This document shows, one piece after another, positions 27,842 through 36,871 of a stretch of DNA of 64,000 bases. Position numbers and translations under genes: made by a program. The stretch is from an uncultured Armatimonadia bacterium (GTDB taxonomy: Bacteria; Armatimonadota; Zipacnadia; UBA1398; CAZMGT01), in the NCBI GenBank assembly GCA_964565895.1, contig CAZMGT010000009.1, positions 7,308 to 71,307 on the forward strand, in the 5' to 3' direction. Below the pieces are notes generated by a model. That model was not told the DNA's origin. It made no database searches and worked only from the letters and a program-made list of their open reading frames with translations. Position 1 is the stretch's first letter; each line of letters begins with the position of its first letter.

Positions 27842-28597
27842 ATGAAGGGCCTGCTGCTCGCCGGAGGCAAGGGGACGCGCCTGCGCCCGCTGACCCGCGT
27901 CACGAACAAGCACCTGCTCCCTGTGGGCCGGTTTCCCATGATCTATTACCCCCTGCACACGCTGATCGAGATGGGCCTGCGGGAGATCATGATCGTCGTG
28001 GGGGGCGAGAGCATCGCCGACGTCATGGCCCTGCTCGGCTCGGGGAGCAGGTTTGGGGTTAACTTGAGCTATCGCGTCCAAGATGAGGCGGGGGGCATTG
28101 CCCAGGCGGTGGGCTTGGCCGAGGGTTTCGCCCGCGAGGAGCATATCGTGGTTATCCTTGGCGACAATATCTTTCACGAGCCGATGAGCGGCTATCTCGA
28201 GCGCTTTCGGCAAAGCGGGGCCGAGGCGGCGATTTTCTACAAAAAAGTTGACCACCCGGAGCGCTTCGGCGTGCTTGAGCTCGACGGCGCGGGCCGCCCC
28301 CTGCGCATCGAGGAGAAACCGGCGCAGCCTAAGTCGCCCTATGCGGTAACTGGGCTTTACATCTATCCCCCATCGGTTTTCGACATCGTTCGCGGGCTTA
28401 AGCCCTCGGCGCGGGGCGAGCTGGAGATTACCGACGTGAACAACGCCTATATCGAACGGGGGCAGATGTGCGCGTTTGAGCTTTCCGGCTTTTGGTCCGA
28501 CGCGGGAACGTTTCAGACGCTGCGCCGCGCCTCGAACTTCGCGCTCGACAACGAGTTTCACTGGTACCACACAATAAGCGAGCCCGTGGGGCAATGA
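27842..28597 (+). CDS. Sugar-phosphate nucleotidyltransferase (glucose-1-phosphate thymidylyltransferase-like, short form)
   Basis: MKGLLLAGGKGTRLRPLT...NKHLLPV is the G-rich NTP-binding loop of RmlA/GlmU-type nucleotidyltransferases, followed by EKP and the typical sugar-binding region. Confidence 0.85.
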   Translation: MKGLLLAGGKGTRLRPLTRVTNKHLLPVGRFPMIYYPLHTLIEMGLREIMIVVGGESIADVMALLGSGSRFGVNLSYRVQDEAGGIAQAVGLAEGFAREEHIVVILGDNIFHEPMSGYLERFRQSGAEAAIFYKKVDHPERFGVLELDGAGRPLRIEEKPAQPKSPYAVTGLYIYPPSVFDIVRGLKPSARGELEITDVNNAYIERGQMCAFELSGFWSDAGTFQTLRRASNFALDNEFHWYHTISEPVGQ

Positions 28598-28636
28598 GGC
28601 CCTCGCGCGGCAGGAAGGTGGCGTCGCGCCGAGCGT

Positions 28637-28657
28637 GGGCGCGCTGCGCGCGTTTTT
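28637..28657 (+). terminator. Possible intrinsic terminator after the rmlA-like gene
   Basis: GC palindrome gggcgcgctgcgcgcg immediately followed by ttttt. The stem/loop geometry is ambiguous. Confidence 0.3.
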
Positions 28658-28676
28658 CCGCGCTGGGCCCCGCCGC

Positions 28677-29642
28677 CTAGCGCCGCGTCTCGACCTCGCT
28701 TTTGAGGGCGTTGAGCTTGGGGATAAGCCAGTTGAGCACCTCCATCGCCGCCGGGCCCTCGGGGACGCTGTGGCCGGAGTCGAACCACTTGATCGTTTTC
28801 GGCTCGCTGGCCACCTCGTGCAGGCGCTTGTTTGCGGCGACGGGGACGACGGTGTCCTGCCGGCCGTTGATGTAGAGCGCGGGGCGCGGGGCGAGGTGCG
28901 GGGCGAAGTGTAGCGGGTCCACAGGGGTGAGGATGTCGCCGACCTGCTTAAGCACGCCGAGCTTGCGCGCCTGCTCGCCCTCGGGTAGGCTGCTCTGCGC
29001 GGCCATTAGCTCCCAGTCCGCCCCGCCGACGATGAAAATGCCCAGGTCAATGCGCGGCTCCACCGCGGTAAGCACTACGCCCATAATCGCCCCCATGCTC
29101 CCACCCGCGCAGACGACGCGGCCGACGTCGAGGTCCTCGCGCGTGGCGGCGTAGTCCAGCGCGCGGCGATAGTCGATGATGCTTTGGATAAGCGCGTCGC
29201 GGCTGCGCACGAGGTGCTCGGGGTCGTAAATGCTCACGCCCTCCACGGCGCGGTCGCCGTGGTAGACGGCGTCGAGGGAGATCACGGCGACGCCCAGCGC
29301 GGCGACCAAGGGCCAGACCTCGCGCGCGGTGTTCTTGCTCCCGCCGTAGCCGTGCAAGGCGAGGGCCACAGGGAACGGACCCTTGCCCTCGGGAACGATG
29401 AGGATCCCCGGGACGCGGCCGCCCTTGGGGCTGTCGAACGAAAACCACTCGATGTGCCCGCCGGTGACCGGCTCGCTACGCTCGACGTTGGCGTTTAGCG
29501 GCAGGTTTGCGTCATAGCGGTAGAATTGGCAGAGGATGGCATATGCCTCGTCGCCCACGGGCTCGCGCTGCGCGGCTTGGGTATGTCCCAGGGCGAGCGC
29601 CGCGAAAGCTAAGCCTAGGGCAAGGGCTATCATGCGCCTCAT
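28677..29642 (-). CDS. Secreted alpha/beta hydrolase (dienelactone hydrolase / esterase-like)
   Basis: Signal peptide MRRMIALALGLAFAALALGHTQA. Nucleophile elbow GGSMGA (G-x-S-x-G), downstream Asp/His (DTVVP...GHS). Confidence 0.7.
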   Translation of the reverse strand: MRRMIALALGLAFAALALGHTQAAQREPVGDEAYAILCQFYRYDANLPLNANVERSEPVTGGHIEWFSFDSPKGGRVPGILIVPEGKGPFPVALALHGYGGSKNTAREVWPLVAALGVAVISLDAVYHGDRAVEGVSIYDPEHLVRSRDALIQSIIDYRRALDYAATREDLDVGRVVCAGGSMGAIMGVVLTAVEPRIDLGIFIVGGADWELMAAQSSLPEGEQARKLGVLKQVGDILTPVDPLHFAPHLAPRPALYINGRQDTVVPVAANKRLHEVASEPKTIKWFDSGHSVPEGPAAMEVLNWLIPKLNALKSEVETRR

Positions 29643-29673
29643 CGCTCATCGCCTACCCTTCTTACGCCTCGCT

Positions 29674-31002
29674 TTATTGTTCTTCTTTGCTAAGCATTGT
29701 GGCAACCTGTTTTGCAAAGAGCACGGAGTAGTTCGTCCCGCGGTCCTGCGGATAAACCTGGGCCATATTGCACAAAAAAAGCCCGGCAATCGGCGTGCGC
29801 TGCGGAGGGACAAGCTCGCCATAGCCCACGCTGACGATGGGCTGCGCATATTTCTCCCGCCAGCAATACAGGGCGCATACCGAGCGTTCCTCAAAGTCGG
29901 GAAATATCCGCTTAAGCCAGGGCAGATATTCCTCAAACAGCGCCCGGCCGTCTAACGCAAACAGCCGGTCGTCGGGGAGCATATACTTTGTCACGTACGC
30001 CAAATGCACCCCACCGTACTCCTCCGGGGGGATGATGTTTGTATGCTCGATCACTCCGACGAACGGAAAGCCCGGCTCGTTGATGTTCAGCCAGTACGTC
30101 TCGCTCAGCTTGCGCTTTAGGGCGAGCACTAAGCACACCACGCCAAGGTAGCGCACGGCGCGCAGGCGGCTGGCGAAACCCGCGGGAAGGTCCGGGGCGA
30201 GCTGGGCGACAAGCGGCGGGGCGACGGTGGCCACCACGGCGTCGTGCGCGCGCTCTGCGCCGGAGGCGACCACGCCGGCTACGCGGCCGTTGCGCACGAC
30301 GATCTTCTCCACGGGCGTGCGCAAGAGGACCTCGCCGCCCGCGGCGCAGATGCGTTCTGCAAGCGCCTGGGCCACGCGGGCAAAACCCCCGCGGATGTAA
30401 ATCAGCTCCTCGGCCTGGCGGGCGCTGCGCGAGCCGCCGCGCAGCTTAAGCTTGCTCCAAAACCACGGGGCGGCGATCTCCTCGGCGAAGCGGCCGAATT
30501 TCCCGCGGAGCAGCGGCTCCCAGACGACCTGGTAAACGCGCGGGCCGGCCATGCGCACGAGCCAGTCGCGTGCGGTAAGGTGCTCGATGGCGCGAAAGTC
30601 GCGCACAAGTCGGGCGCGCAGGGCGAGCATTCCCAGGCGCAGGCGGTCGGCAACGCGGAGGGGGGAAAAGCGGAGAAGGTCCAGCGGCGTAGAGAGGCGC
30701 CAGATTTTGCCTCCGTAAAACACCCCTGTGTTCGTCTCGCGGGGAAGGAGGCACTGGCCTAGGCCCAGCTCGCGGACCAGCGCAAGCATTGCCCGGTCGT
30801 GCGCGAAGAGGTGGTGGTAGAACTTCTCGAGCGGCGCCCCGTGGACGGAAAAACAGGCGGCAAGCCCGCCTAGGCGGTCGTCTTTTTCGTAGACGGTGCA
30901 GCGGATGCCGCGCGAGGAAAGGAAATAGCCGGTGGCTAGGCCGGCGAAACCCCCGCCGATGATTCCCACGGATTGCGGCCGAGCTAGCGCATTTTGCGCC
31001 AC
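29674..31002 (-). CDS. NAD(P)/FAD-dependent oxidoreductase (amine-oxidase / phytoene-desaturase-like fold)
   Basis: SVGIIGGGFAGLATGYFL...YEKDDRLGG is a dinucleotide-binding motif on an amine-oxidase-like scaffold. GTG start at 31002 overlaps the GT2 3' end. An internal GTG at 30970 is an alternative. Confidence 0.75.
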   Translation of the reverse strand: MAQNALARPQSVGIIGGGFAGLATGYFLSSRGIRCTVYEKDDRLGGLAACFSVHGAPLEKFYHHLFAHDRAMLALVRELGLGQCLLPRETNTGVFYGGKIWRLSTPLDLLRFSPLRVADRLRLGMLALRARLVRDFRAIEHLTARDWLVRMAGPRVYQVVWEPLLRGKFGRFAEEIAAPWFWSKLKLRGGSRSARQAEELIYIRGGFARVAQALAERICAAGGEVLLRTPVEKIVVRNGRVAGVVASGAERAHDAVVATVAPPLVAQLAPDLPAGFASRLRAVRYLGVVCLVLALKRKLSETYWLNINEPGFPFVGVIEHTNIIPPEEYGGVHLAYVTKYMLPDDRLFALDGRALFEEYLPWLKRIFPDFEERSVCALYCWREKYAQPIVSVGYGELVPPQRTPIAGLFLCNMAQVYPQDRGTNYSVLFAKQVATMLSKEEQ

Positions 31003-31673
31003 AGTTTAAAAACCTCCCAAAACATGCGCAAAATAACGCCGAGCTTCGCCCCAGATTGCTCGCCATAGCGCCGCGGGTAGTGGTGCACGCCGACCTCGGT
31101 ATAGCTAAACCCCGCGCGGCGGGCCTTGGCCATAAGCTCCGCGGAAATCAGCGCCCCCTCGCTCTCCAGCTCGATCGCCTCAAGTACGCGGCGGGGGATA
31201 AGCTTAAACGCGCAGTCTAAATCCCTAAGCTTTAGGCCGAACAACAGGCGAATAAATGCTCCATAAAGCTTGGCGTTTATCGTGCGGTAGAACGGGTCGC
31301 TGCGCCTTATGCGAAAGCCGCAGATAATGTCCGCCTGGCCAACCTTTTGCACCAACTTCTCCAGCTCGGCGACGTCGAACTGGCCGTCGCCGTCGGTGAA
31401 GAACACGTAGTCCATGCGCGCCTCGGAAAACCCGCGCTTAAGCGCACCGCCATAGCCGCGGTTGCGCTCGTTGTGCACGGCGCGCACGGCGTGGTGCCTG
31501 CGCGCGAGCTCGTCGGCGAGTTCCGCGGTGCCGTCGGTGCTTCCGTCGTCAACGATAATAATCTCAAAGCGCTCGGCCACGCGCGGGGCGACCTCAAGCG
31601 CGCGCTGCACCAGGGGCCCGATGTTTTGGACTTCGTTGTGGCAGGGAAAAAAGATAGAAAGACTGGGCAGCAT
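30984..31673 (-). CDS. Family 2 glycosyltransferase (polyprenyl-phosphate sugar transferase, DPM1-like)
   Basis: LSIFFPCHNE...IIVDDGSTDGT...FFTDGDGQ (DxD region) is a GT-A fold of the DPM/GtrB type. Start MLPSLSIFFP (ATG 31673) is preferred over the ORF-track ATG 31718. Confidence 0.8.
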   Translation of the reverse strand: MLPSLSIFFPCHNEVQNIGPLVQRALEVAPRVAERFEIIIVDDGSTDGTAELADELARRHHAVRAVHNERNRGYGGALKRGFSEARMDYVFFTDGDGQFDVAELEKLVQKVGQADIICGFRIRRSDPFYRTINAKLYGAFIRLLFGLKLRDLDCAFKLIPRRVLEAIELESEGALISAELMAKARRAGFSYTEVGVHHYPRRYGEQSGAKLGVILRMFWEVFKLWRKMR

Positions 31674-31837
31674 GGCAGTCACCGCCGCCTGGCGCGGGCG
31701 AGATATTTTGTCGTTCATTGCGCCGCGGGTGCTTTCCTTCTCGGGGCCGGGAGCCGCGCTGCGCTCAAAACGGCGCCGCGCTTTGCCGTATTGACCGTTG
31801 TAGCAACAGCGCTTTTGCCCGCCAGGGGAGGCAGAAA

Positions 31838-32491
31838 ATGGTTCGCGCTTTGTTGGTGGTACTGGCCTGCATGGCGCTTATCGTTGCCGCGGGTTGCCGC
31901 TCCGCGGGCGAGGGGAAGACGAGCGTCTCGGTGGCGCCGATCACCCCGCAGGCGCCCACGCCGGAGGAGAAAACGCCGGCCGGCGCCTCCGCCTCGCCAT
32001 CCGCGTTTCGCTGGACGCCAACACCCACGCTGCAGGACATTCCCGCGCACCCCGTGCAGGGGATGCTAAACGGGGCCTCGTTTGTTCCGCAATATGTGGT
32101 AATCGAGCGCGACTATAATGGGATTTCCACGGACATTACGTTTTCGGACAAGGCCCCCGACGCCCCAGGGGGACATCTTGAGGGCAACAGCGCGTTTGAG
32201 CTGCGCTTTGCCCGGCCGGCGTGGCTTAAGACGGGCAGCTTTACCAAAACCCTTTCCCAGCAGGTGGATTTTCGCGAGTTTCACGCCTTTTACCACTATC
32301 CTGAGCCAGACGGCGTGCAAATGACCGTTGCTCAAAATTGGGCCTGTGCGTTTGAGATTACGGAGATTACCCCGGACAACGACCCCACGAACGACATTTC
32401 GGGCATTGCCCTGGGGCGTATCGCCCTGTGCATTGACGACGAGTCTCACAGTTGGCTCGCCGGGGAGTTCCGCGCGTATATCGTGGAGTGA
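31838..32491 (+). CDS. Hypothetical lipoprotein
   Basis: MVRALLVVLACMALIVAAGC has a lipobox. AGGGGAGG Shine-Dalgarno lies 6 nt upstream of ATG 31838. No family recognised. Confidence 0.5.
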   Translation: MVRALLVVLACMALIVAAGCRSAGEGKTSVSVAPITPQAPTPEEKTPAGASASPSAFRWTPTPTLQDIPAHPVQGMLNGASFVPQYVVIERDYNGISTDITFSDKAPDAPGGHLEGNSAFELRFARPAWLKTGSFTKTLSQQVDFREFHAFYHYPEPDGVQMTVAQNWACAFEITEITPDNDPTNDISGIALGRIALCIDDESHSWLAGEFRAYIVE

Positions 32492-32707
32492 CGGGTTTAA
32501 CGGGCAACAAACGCGGCGTGCGCGCCCCCGCTTGCTGCCTTCTTCGGCCTCGCATCGTCGGCCTAAGCCAGCTTGAAGAAGCCTAAACCCTCTGCGGCGC
32601 TCTGCGCTCCGCGTGGGAGGAGCGCGCGGCCTGGCCTTCGAACCCTCGACGGGGTGCGGGTTGTTCTCCTGCAAAAGCTGTGGGTTTTAAGGCGGGCCGG
32701 GTAGCCA

Positions 32708-33103
32708 ATGCGCATTGAGAGCCGATTCGAGCTCCTCCGCGAGGTGCGCAGCGAGACGCTCCAGCGTGCGGCAGAGGCTGGGTTCGACGCCGAAGACGCC
32801 GCAGACATTGCCCTGTGCGTCTCCGAGGCCGTGGCCAACGCCATTCAACACGGAAACCAGGGCGACCCGGCGAAGTACGTCGAGGTCAACTTCTTCGACG
32901 CGCCCGATCAATTCATCGTCGAGGTGCGCGACGAAGGCTCGGGGATCCCCCTTGACCTGGAGGGCGGGCGATTTGTAGGCGCCGCCGAGGGCTTGCACCT
33001 TGGCCGGGGAATGCGCCTTATTTTGGGGCTCATGGACGACGTTCGCGTAAGCCACGACGAGGGGCGCATTGTCCTTGTTAAGCGAAAGCGTGGTGGGCGA
33101 TGA
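32708..33103 (+). CDS. Anti-sigma regulatory factor-type Ser/Thr protein kinase (RsbW/SpoIIAB-like HATPase_c)
   Basis: 131 aa. LCVSEAVANAIQHG (N-box), VRDEGSGIP (G1), GRGMRLI (G2) are GHKL ATPase motifs in a single-domain protein. Stop overlaps coaX start (ATGA). Confidence 0.65.
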   Translation: MRIESRFELLREVRSETLQRAAEAGFDAEDAADIALCVSEAVANAIQHGNQGDPAKYVEVNFFDAPDQFIVEVRDEGSGIPLDLEGGRFVGAAEGLHLGRGMRLILGLMDDVRVSHDEGRIVLVKRKRGGR

Positions 33104-33879
33104 GCCTGCTCCTTGCCGTGGACATCGGCAACACAAACATCGGCATCGGCGCGTTTGCCGGCGACGAGCTGCGCCACCACTGGCGGATCGAGACGCGGCG
33201 CGAGGCCACGGGTGACACCTACGGCGCGGTTGTCCTTGGGGCCTTGGCAGCAAGCGGCGTGCGCCCGGAGGAGCTGTGCGGCGTTGTCATTTGCAGCGTT
33301 GTTCCGCGGCTGACGGAGGAATTTGCGCGGCTGGCGCGGCGCTACCTCAAGCACGAGGCCGACGTGTTGCACATCGAGGACCTAGACATCCGCACGCCCT
33401 ACCAGCCGCCGTCGTCGATCGGCATGGACCGCATCGCCAACGCCCTTGCCGTGCGCGAGCGACATGGGCTGCCCGCGGTGGTCGTGGATTTCGGCACCGC
33501 GACGACCGTTGACGCCGTGGCCGAGGACGGGACGTATCTCGGGGGAGCGATTGCCCCGGGGATCGAGACCGCGGTAGAGGCGCTTTATGCCCGCGCCGCG
33601 CTGCTGCACCGCGCGGACCTCCATCTTCCGCGCTCGGCGCTGGGGACGACGACGGCGGACAGCCTGCGCTCGGGGATTATCTACGGCTTTGCGGGGCAAG
33701 TAGACGGCATCGTGCGCAGGATCCTCGCCGAGCTTTCCGGCGAGCCCTGCGTGGTAGCTACGGGGGGCCAGGCAAAGCTCATCGCCCCTGTTTCGGAAAC
33801 GATTCAAAAGGTCGACGAGCACCTTACCCTACACGGCGTGCGCATTGCCCACGAGCTGAAAAAGCGCCGCGCGGGCTAG
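33100..33879 (+). CDS. coaX: Type III pantothenate kinase
   Basis: MSLLLAVDIGNTNIGIGAF... ; GMDRIANAL; VVDFGTATTVD; ATGGQA are canonical CoaX motifs. Confidence 0.9.
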   Translation: MSLLLAVDIGNTNIGIGAFAGDELRHHWRIETRREATGDTYGAVVLGALAASGVRPEELCGVVICSVVPRLTEEFARLARRYLKHEADVLHIEDLDIRTPYQPPSSIGMDRIANALAVRERHGLPAVVVDFGTATTVDAVAEDGTYLGGAIAPGIETAVEALYARAALLHRADLHLPRSALGTTTADSLRSGIIYGFAGQVDGIVRRILAELSGEPCVVATGGQAKLIAPVSETIQKVDEHLTLHGVRIAHELKKRRAG

Positions 33880-34946
33880 CGCCGCCGCTGGCGCCCGCGG
33901 AGCATTTCCACAAACGCTTCAACGCGCACGCGGATTTGCTCTACGTCCTCCGCGGAGTAGTCGGTCTCGATGGAGAGAACGGGAACGTTGAGCTCAGCCA
34001 AGCGCTCGCGCACGGCGGCAAGCTCAGCGTCGTAAAGGTGACAGCCGCGGAGCAGGTGATATATCGCGCCATCGACCGAAAAGCGCTGGGCAAGCAAAGC
34101 GAGGCGCTCGAGGCGATCGTCGTTGGGCGAAAAGCAGGGGCAGGTGCAGGGCAGCAGGTAGCGGTCGGCAAGCGCGGCGAGAAGGTCGGCCAGGGTGGGC
34201 TCGTCCAGGGCCACGGCGTCGCACAGGGGCCGCGGGCCAGCGCAGGTTTCGTCGGCAACGATCGCCGCGCCCGCTTCCTCGGCCACGGCAAGCACCTTGG
34301 CGTTAGGCCACACGCAGGGCGAGCCGGTGAGCAGCAGACGGGGGCGCGCGGCGGGCTTTTCTTCCGCGGCTGGGCTGGCGTCGAGAGCGTCGGCCAGCGC
34401 TTGCGCGGCCGCGGCCCACTCCTCCATCGGCGCCCAATATGCCGTCCAAAACACGCGGGCCGCCTCGGTTGCCCGCAACAGCGGCGGGTCGCTGCGCATG
34501 TGCTCGACGAGCCGCCGGGTGGCGCGCGTGGCGCGGCGGAACAGGCGAACCGAGCGCAACAGGGCCTCGCGGTCGACCTTCCGCCCCGCCAGGCGGCCCA
34601 GCTCGTCGCGCAGCCGGGCGACCTCGGCGCGCCACAACGCGCGGGCCCGCGCGCTGTGTTTGCGCCGCGGAACGTCGAGGGAGAGGACGGGGGCGCGCTC
34701 GCCAACAAGCTGGGCCAGCCGCGCCTTCCAGTCGCAGGTGATCGGGGCAACGACGAGGTCCAAGGCCTCGGGCGCCGGCTGCTCGGCAGCAAACAGCGCA
34801 CCCCAGCAGGCGAGGACCACGGGGCAGGTGTCGCGGGGAAGCTCGGCCGCGCCGCGCTCGGCGTCCTTGCGCTGGCCTGCACAGAGGCGGACGAAGGCCG
34901 CACCTGAGGCATGGATTAGCTCAAGTGGGACAAGGGCGCAGAGCAC
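33876..34946 (-). CDS. 2-hydroxyacyl-CoA dehydratase / benzoyl-CoA reductase BcrB-BadD / double-cubane-cluster protein family subunit (paralog 1)
   Basis: Cys motifs DTCPVVLACW, ITCDWKARLA, LLTGSPCVWPN, ADETCAGP, CTCPCF. Paralogous to the 36872..38059 product (LLTGAPIIWPN, CTTCDWKTKLA). Convergent CTAG stop overlap with coaX. Confidence 0.7.
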   Translation of the reverse strand: MLCALVPLELIHASGAAFVRLCAGQRKDAERGAAELPRDTCPVVLACWGALFAAEQPAPEALDLVVAPITCDWKARLAQLVGERAPVLSLDVPRRKHSARARALWRAEVARLRDELGRLAGRKVDREALLRSVRLFRRATRATRRLVEHMRSDPPLLRATEAARVFWTAYWAPMEEWAAAAQALADALDASPAAEEKPAARPRLLLTGSPCVWPNAKVLAVAEEAGAAIVADETCAGPRPLCDAVALDEPTLADLLAALADRYLLPCTCPCFSPNDDRLERLALLAQRFSVDGAIYHLLRGCHLYDAELAAVRERLAELNVPVLSIETDYSAEDVEQIRVRVEAFVEMLRGRQRRR

Positions 34947-35047
34947 ACCAACGACGCGGCGCCCCGCGCCGCGGTGGGCGGCGATAGCCTGTGCCGGGCT
35001 GTGGTAGTCCGCCCAGCGAAAAAACGGCTCCAGGGCCTGGGCGCGGT

Positions 35048-35998
35048 CTAGGACAGCTTGCGATATCGGGCGATCACCTGCTCTAAAAGCGCCTTTACCC
35101 GGTCGGGCTGGGCCACCTCGAGCGCGTAGGCGACGAGGTTTTGCGAGCGAAAGATAAGCGTGTGCTTGCCGTTGCGCGCGAGATAGTCCAACCAGGGCCG
35201 TCGCGAAAGCAGGCGCTGGCCGTCGTCCACTGCTACCTGGGCGAGCATGTTTACCACTTGCTGCGCCTTTTGCTCGTTGGGATAGGCGGCCAAAACGACA
35301 AGCTGCGGGGCGCCAGCTACGGTTAACTCGGCAAGGACGCAGTCTACATCCCAGCGCCGGTTCTGCAGGTCTTCGCCAAGCAAGAACACGTTGTCGAACG
35401 AGATGTTAAGCACCTGCTCCAACGCGTTGCGATAGTGCAAGTAGCGCAGGGTAAGCCAGTTCACGCGGTCTGCGGGCAAAGCGCGCACGAGCGCGGGCAT
35501 GTTATATTTCCCGCTCACTTGCGCGGCGAGGCGCTCGGCAAACGGGCGCATGTCCTCCTCGGTAATCGGCGCGCGCCCCACTTGGGCGATACGGATGCAA
35601 TAGCGCCCCCGCCAGACCATTAGGTTGGGGAGCTTGCCCAGCGTGGCGTGGTCGCCGATGTTAACCAGCTTGCCCGGCGAGCGGCGCACGGTATATAGGC
35701 CAAACGCATCTTCGGGCGTGCCAAAGCGGTGGACGAAAACCTCAAGCTTTTTGTTGCCTTTTTGAAAAATGCGGTGCTCGGAGTCTAGGAACCGAAAGCC
35801 AAGGTAAAAGTCGACGAAGCCGTCGATCGCCTCCTCGAGCTTCGGGCCGACATAGGTGCGGATCTCGCTCGCCGGCCGCCAGCCCGGGACGTTAAGCTTG
35901 GCGAGGGTCATTTTCCCGCCGCGTTGGCCAAACGCCCCGCCCCAAACGCACGCCAAAACAAGCAGCGCAAAACCAACCGCCCGCCTGCACACGGTCAT
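35048..35998 (-). CDS. Hypothetical secreted protein (signal peptide) embedded in dehydratase/activase operon
   Basis: MTVCRRAVGFALLVLACVWGGAFGQ signal peptide. GGAGGGGG Shine-Dalgarno lies 3-4 nt upstream of ATG 35998. No family recognised. Confidence 0.45.
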   Translation of the reverse strand: MTVCRRAVGFALLVLACVWGGAFGQRGGKMTLAKLNVPGWRPASEIRTYVGPKLEEAIDGFVDFYLGFRFLDSEHRIFQKGNKKLEVFVHRFGTPEDAFGLYTVRRSPGKLVNIGDHATLGKLPNLMVWRGRYCIRIAQVGRAPITEEDMRPFAERLAAQVSGKYNMPALVRALPADRVNWLTLRYLHYRNALEQVLNISFDNVFLLGEDLQNRRWDVDCVLAELTVAGAPQLVVLAAYPNEQKAQQVVNMLAQVAVDDGQRLLSRRPWLDYLARNGKHTLIFRSQNLVAYALEVAQPDRVKALLEQVIARYRKLS

Positions 35999-36037
35999 CG
36001 CCCCCTCCGCACAGGGTTTGCACGCCGAGCGCGCAAG

Positions 36038-36868
36038 CTAGTGCTCCACAGCGAGGGAGATGGGCTCCCCGCGCGCCCCGCGCTCCGCGCGCTCGCAAGC
36101 AATAAGCGCCGCGCCAAGGGCCGTGGCGAGCTGGGGGGCGTCTGGGACGAGCAGCTCCACGCCCAGCTCCTCGGAAAGCGTCGCGGCCACGCCGCGGTTT
36201 TGCGCCGGGCCGCCGTCGAACATCACGCTCTCCACGACCCCCACGCTGCGCACAAGCTGCCCCACTCGCTTCGCCACTGAGCGGTGTATTCCTGCGACAA
36301 TGTCGGGCACTTCGCGCCCCTGCGCGAGCAGCGAGACGACCTCGGACTCCGCAAACACCGTGCACACGCTGTTGATCGTCAGCTCGTGCTTGGCGGCAAA
36401 GTGCAGCTTGCCGAGATCCTCAAGGTTAAGCTCGAGCCGCTGGGCGATAACCTCGAGAAAGCGCCCTGTGCCCGCGGCGCACTTGTCGTTCATGGCAAAG
36501 TTAACCACGCGGCCCTGCTCGTCGAGCGAGATTACTTTGCTGTCCTGCCCGCCGATGTCGATTACCGTGCGCACGGTTTTGCCCGGCGGGCTGAGCCAGC
36601 GCGCCCCCGTGGCGTTTGCCGTAATCTCGCTCACGATCTCGTGCCCCAGCTCGGCGAGGCGCCGGCCGTAGCCCGTGGTAATGGCATAGCGCACATCGCC
36701 CGGCCCCGCGCCGGCGCGCTCGAGCAGCTGGGCAAGCAGGCGATGCGCCGTGCGCCGGCAGTTCGCTCCGGAGGGGGCGACGTCGGCCTGAACGATCTCG
36801 CGCTTCTCGTTTAGCAGCACGCACTTGGTCGCTGTGGAGCCGATGTCTAGCCCTGCGAAAAGGTCCAT
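36038..36868 (-). CDS. CoA-substrate-specific enzyme activase (BadF/BadG/BcrA/BcrD / HgdC ATPase family)
   Basis: MDLFAGLDIGSTATKCVLL... ; DIGGQDSKVI; Cys pair in NDKCAAGTGRFLE (bridging [4Fe-4S] ligands). This is an ASKHA-fold activase. Start is 3 nt after the upstream dehydratase stop. Confidence 0.85.
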   Translation of the reverse strand: MDLFAGLDIGSTATKCVLLNEKREIVQADVAPSGANCRRTAHRLLAQLLERAGAGPGDVRYAITTGYGRRLAELGHEIVSEITANATGARWLSPPGKTVRTVIDIGGQDSKVISLDEQGRVVNFAMNDKCAAGTGRFLEVIAQRLELNLEDLGKLHFAAKHELTINSVCTVFAESEVVSLLAQGREVPDIVAGIHRSVAKRVGQLVRSVGVVESVMFDGGPAQNRGVAATLSEELGVELLVPDAPQLATALGAALIACERAERGARGEPISLAVEH

Positions 36869-36871
36869 CTC

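Noticed and set aside
33936-34912. Two ~323-aa ORFs (+ and alternative minus frames) over the dehydratase paralog 1 gene
   Set aside because: They are alternate-frame or antisense translations with an Ala/Arg/Pro composition. The annotated frame carries the conserved Cys motifs of the HgdB family.
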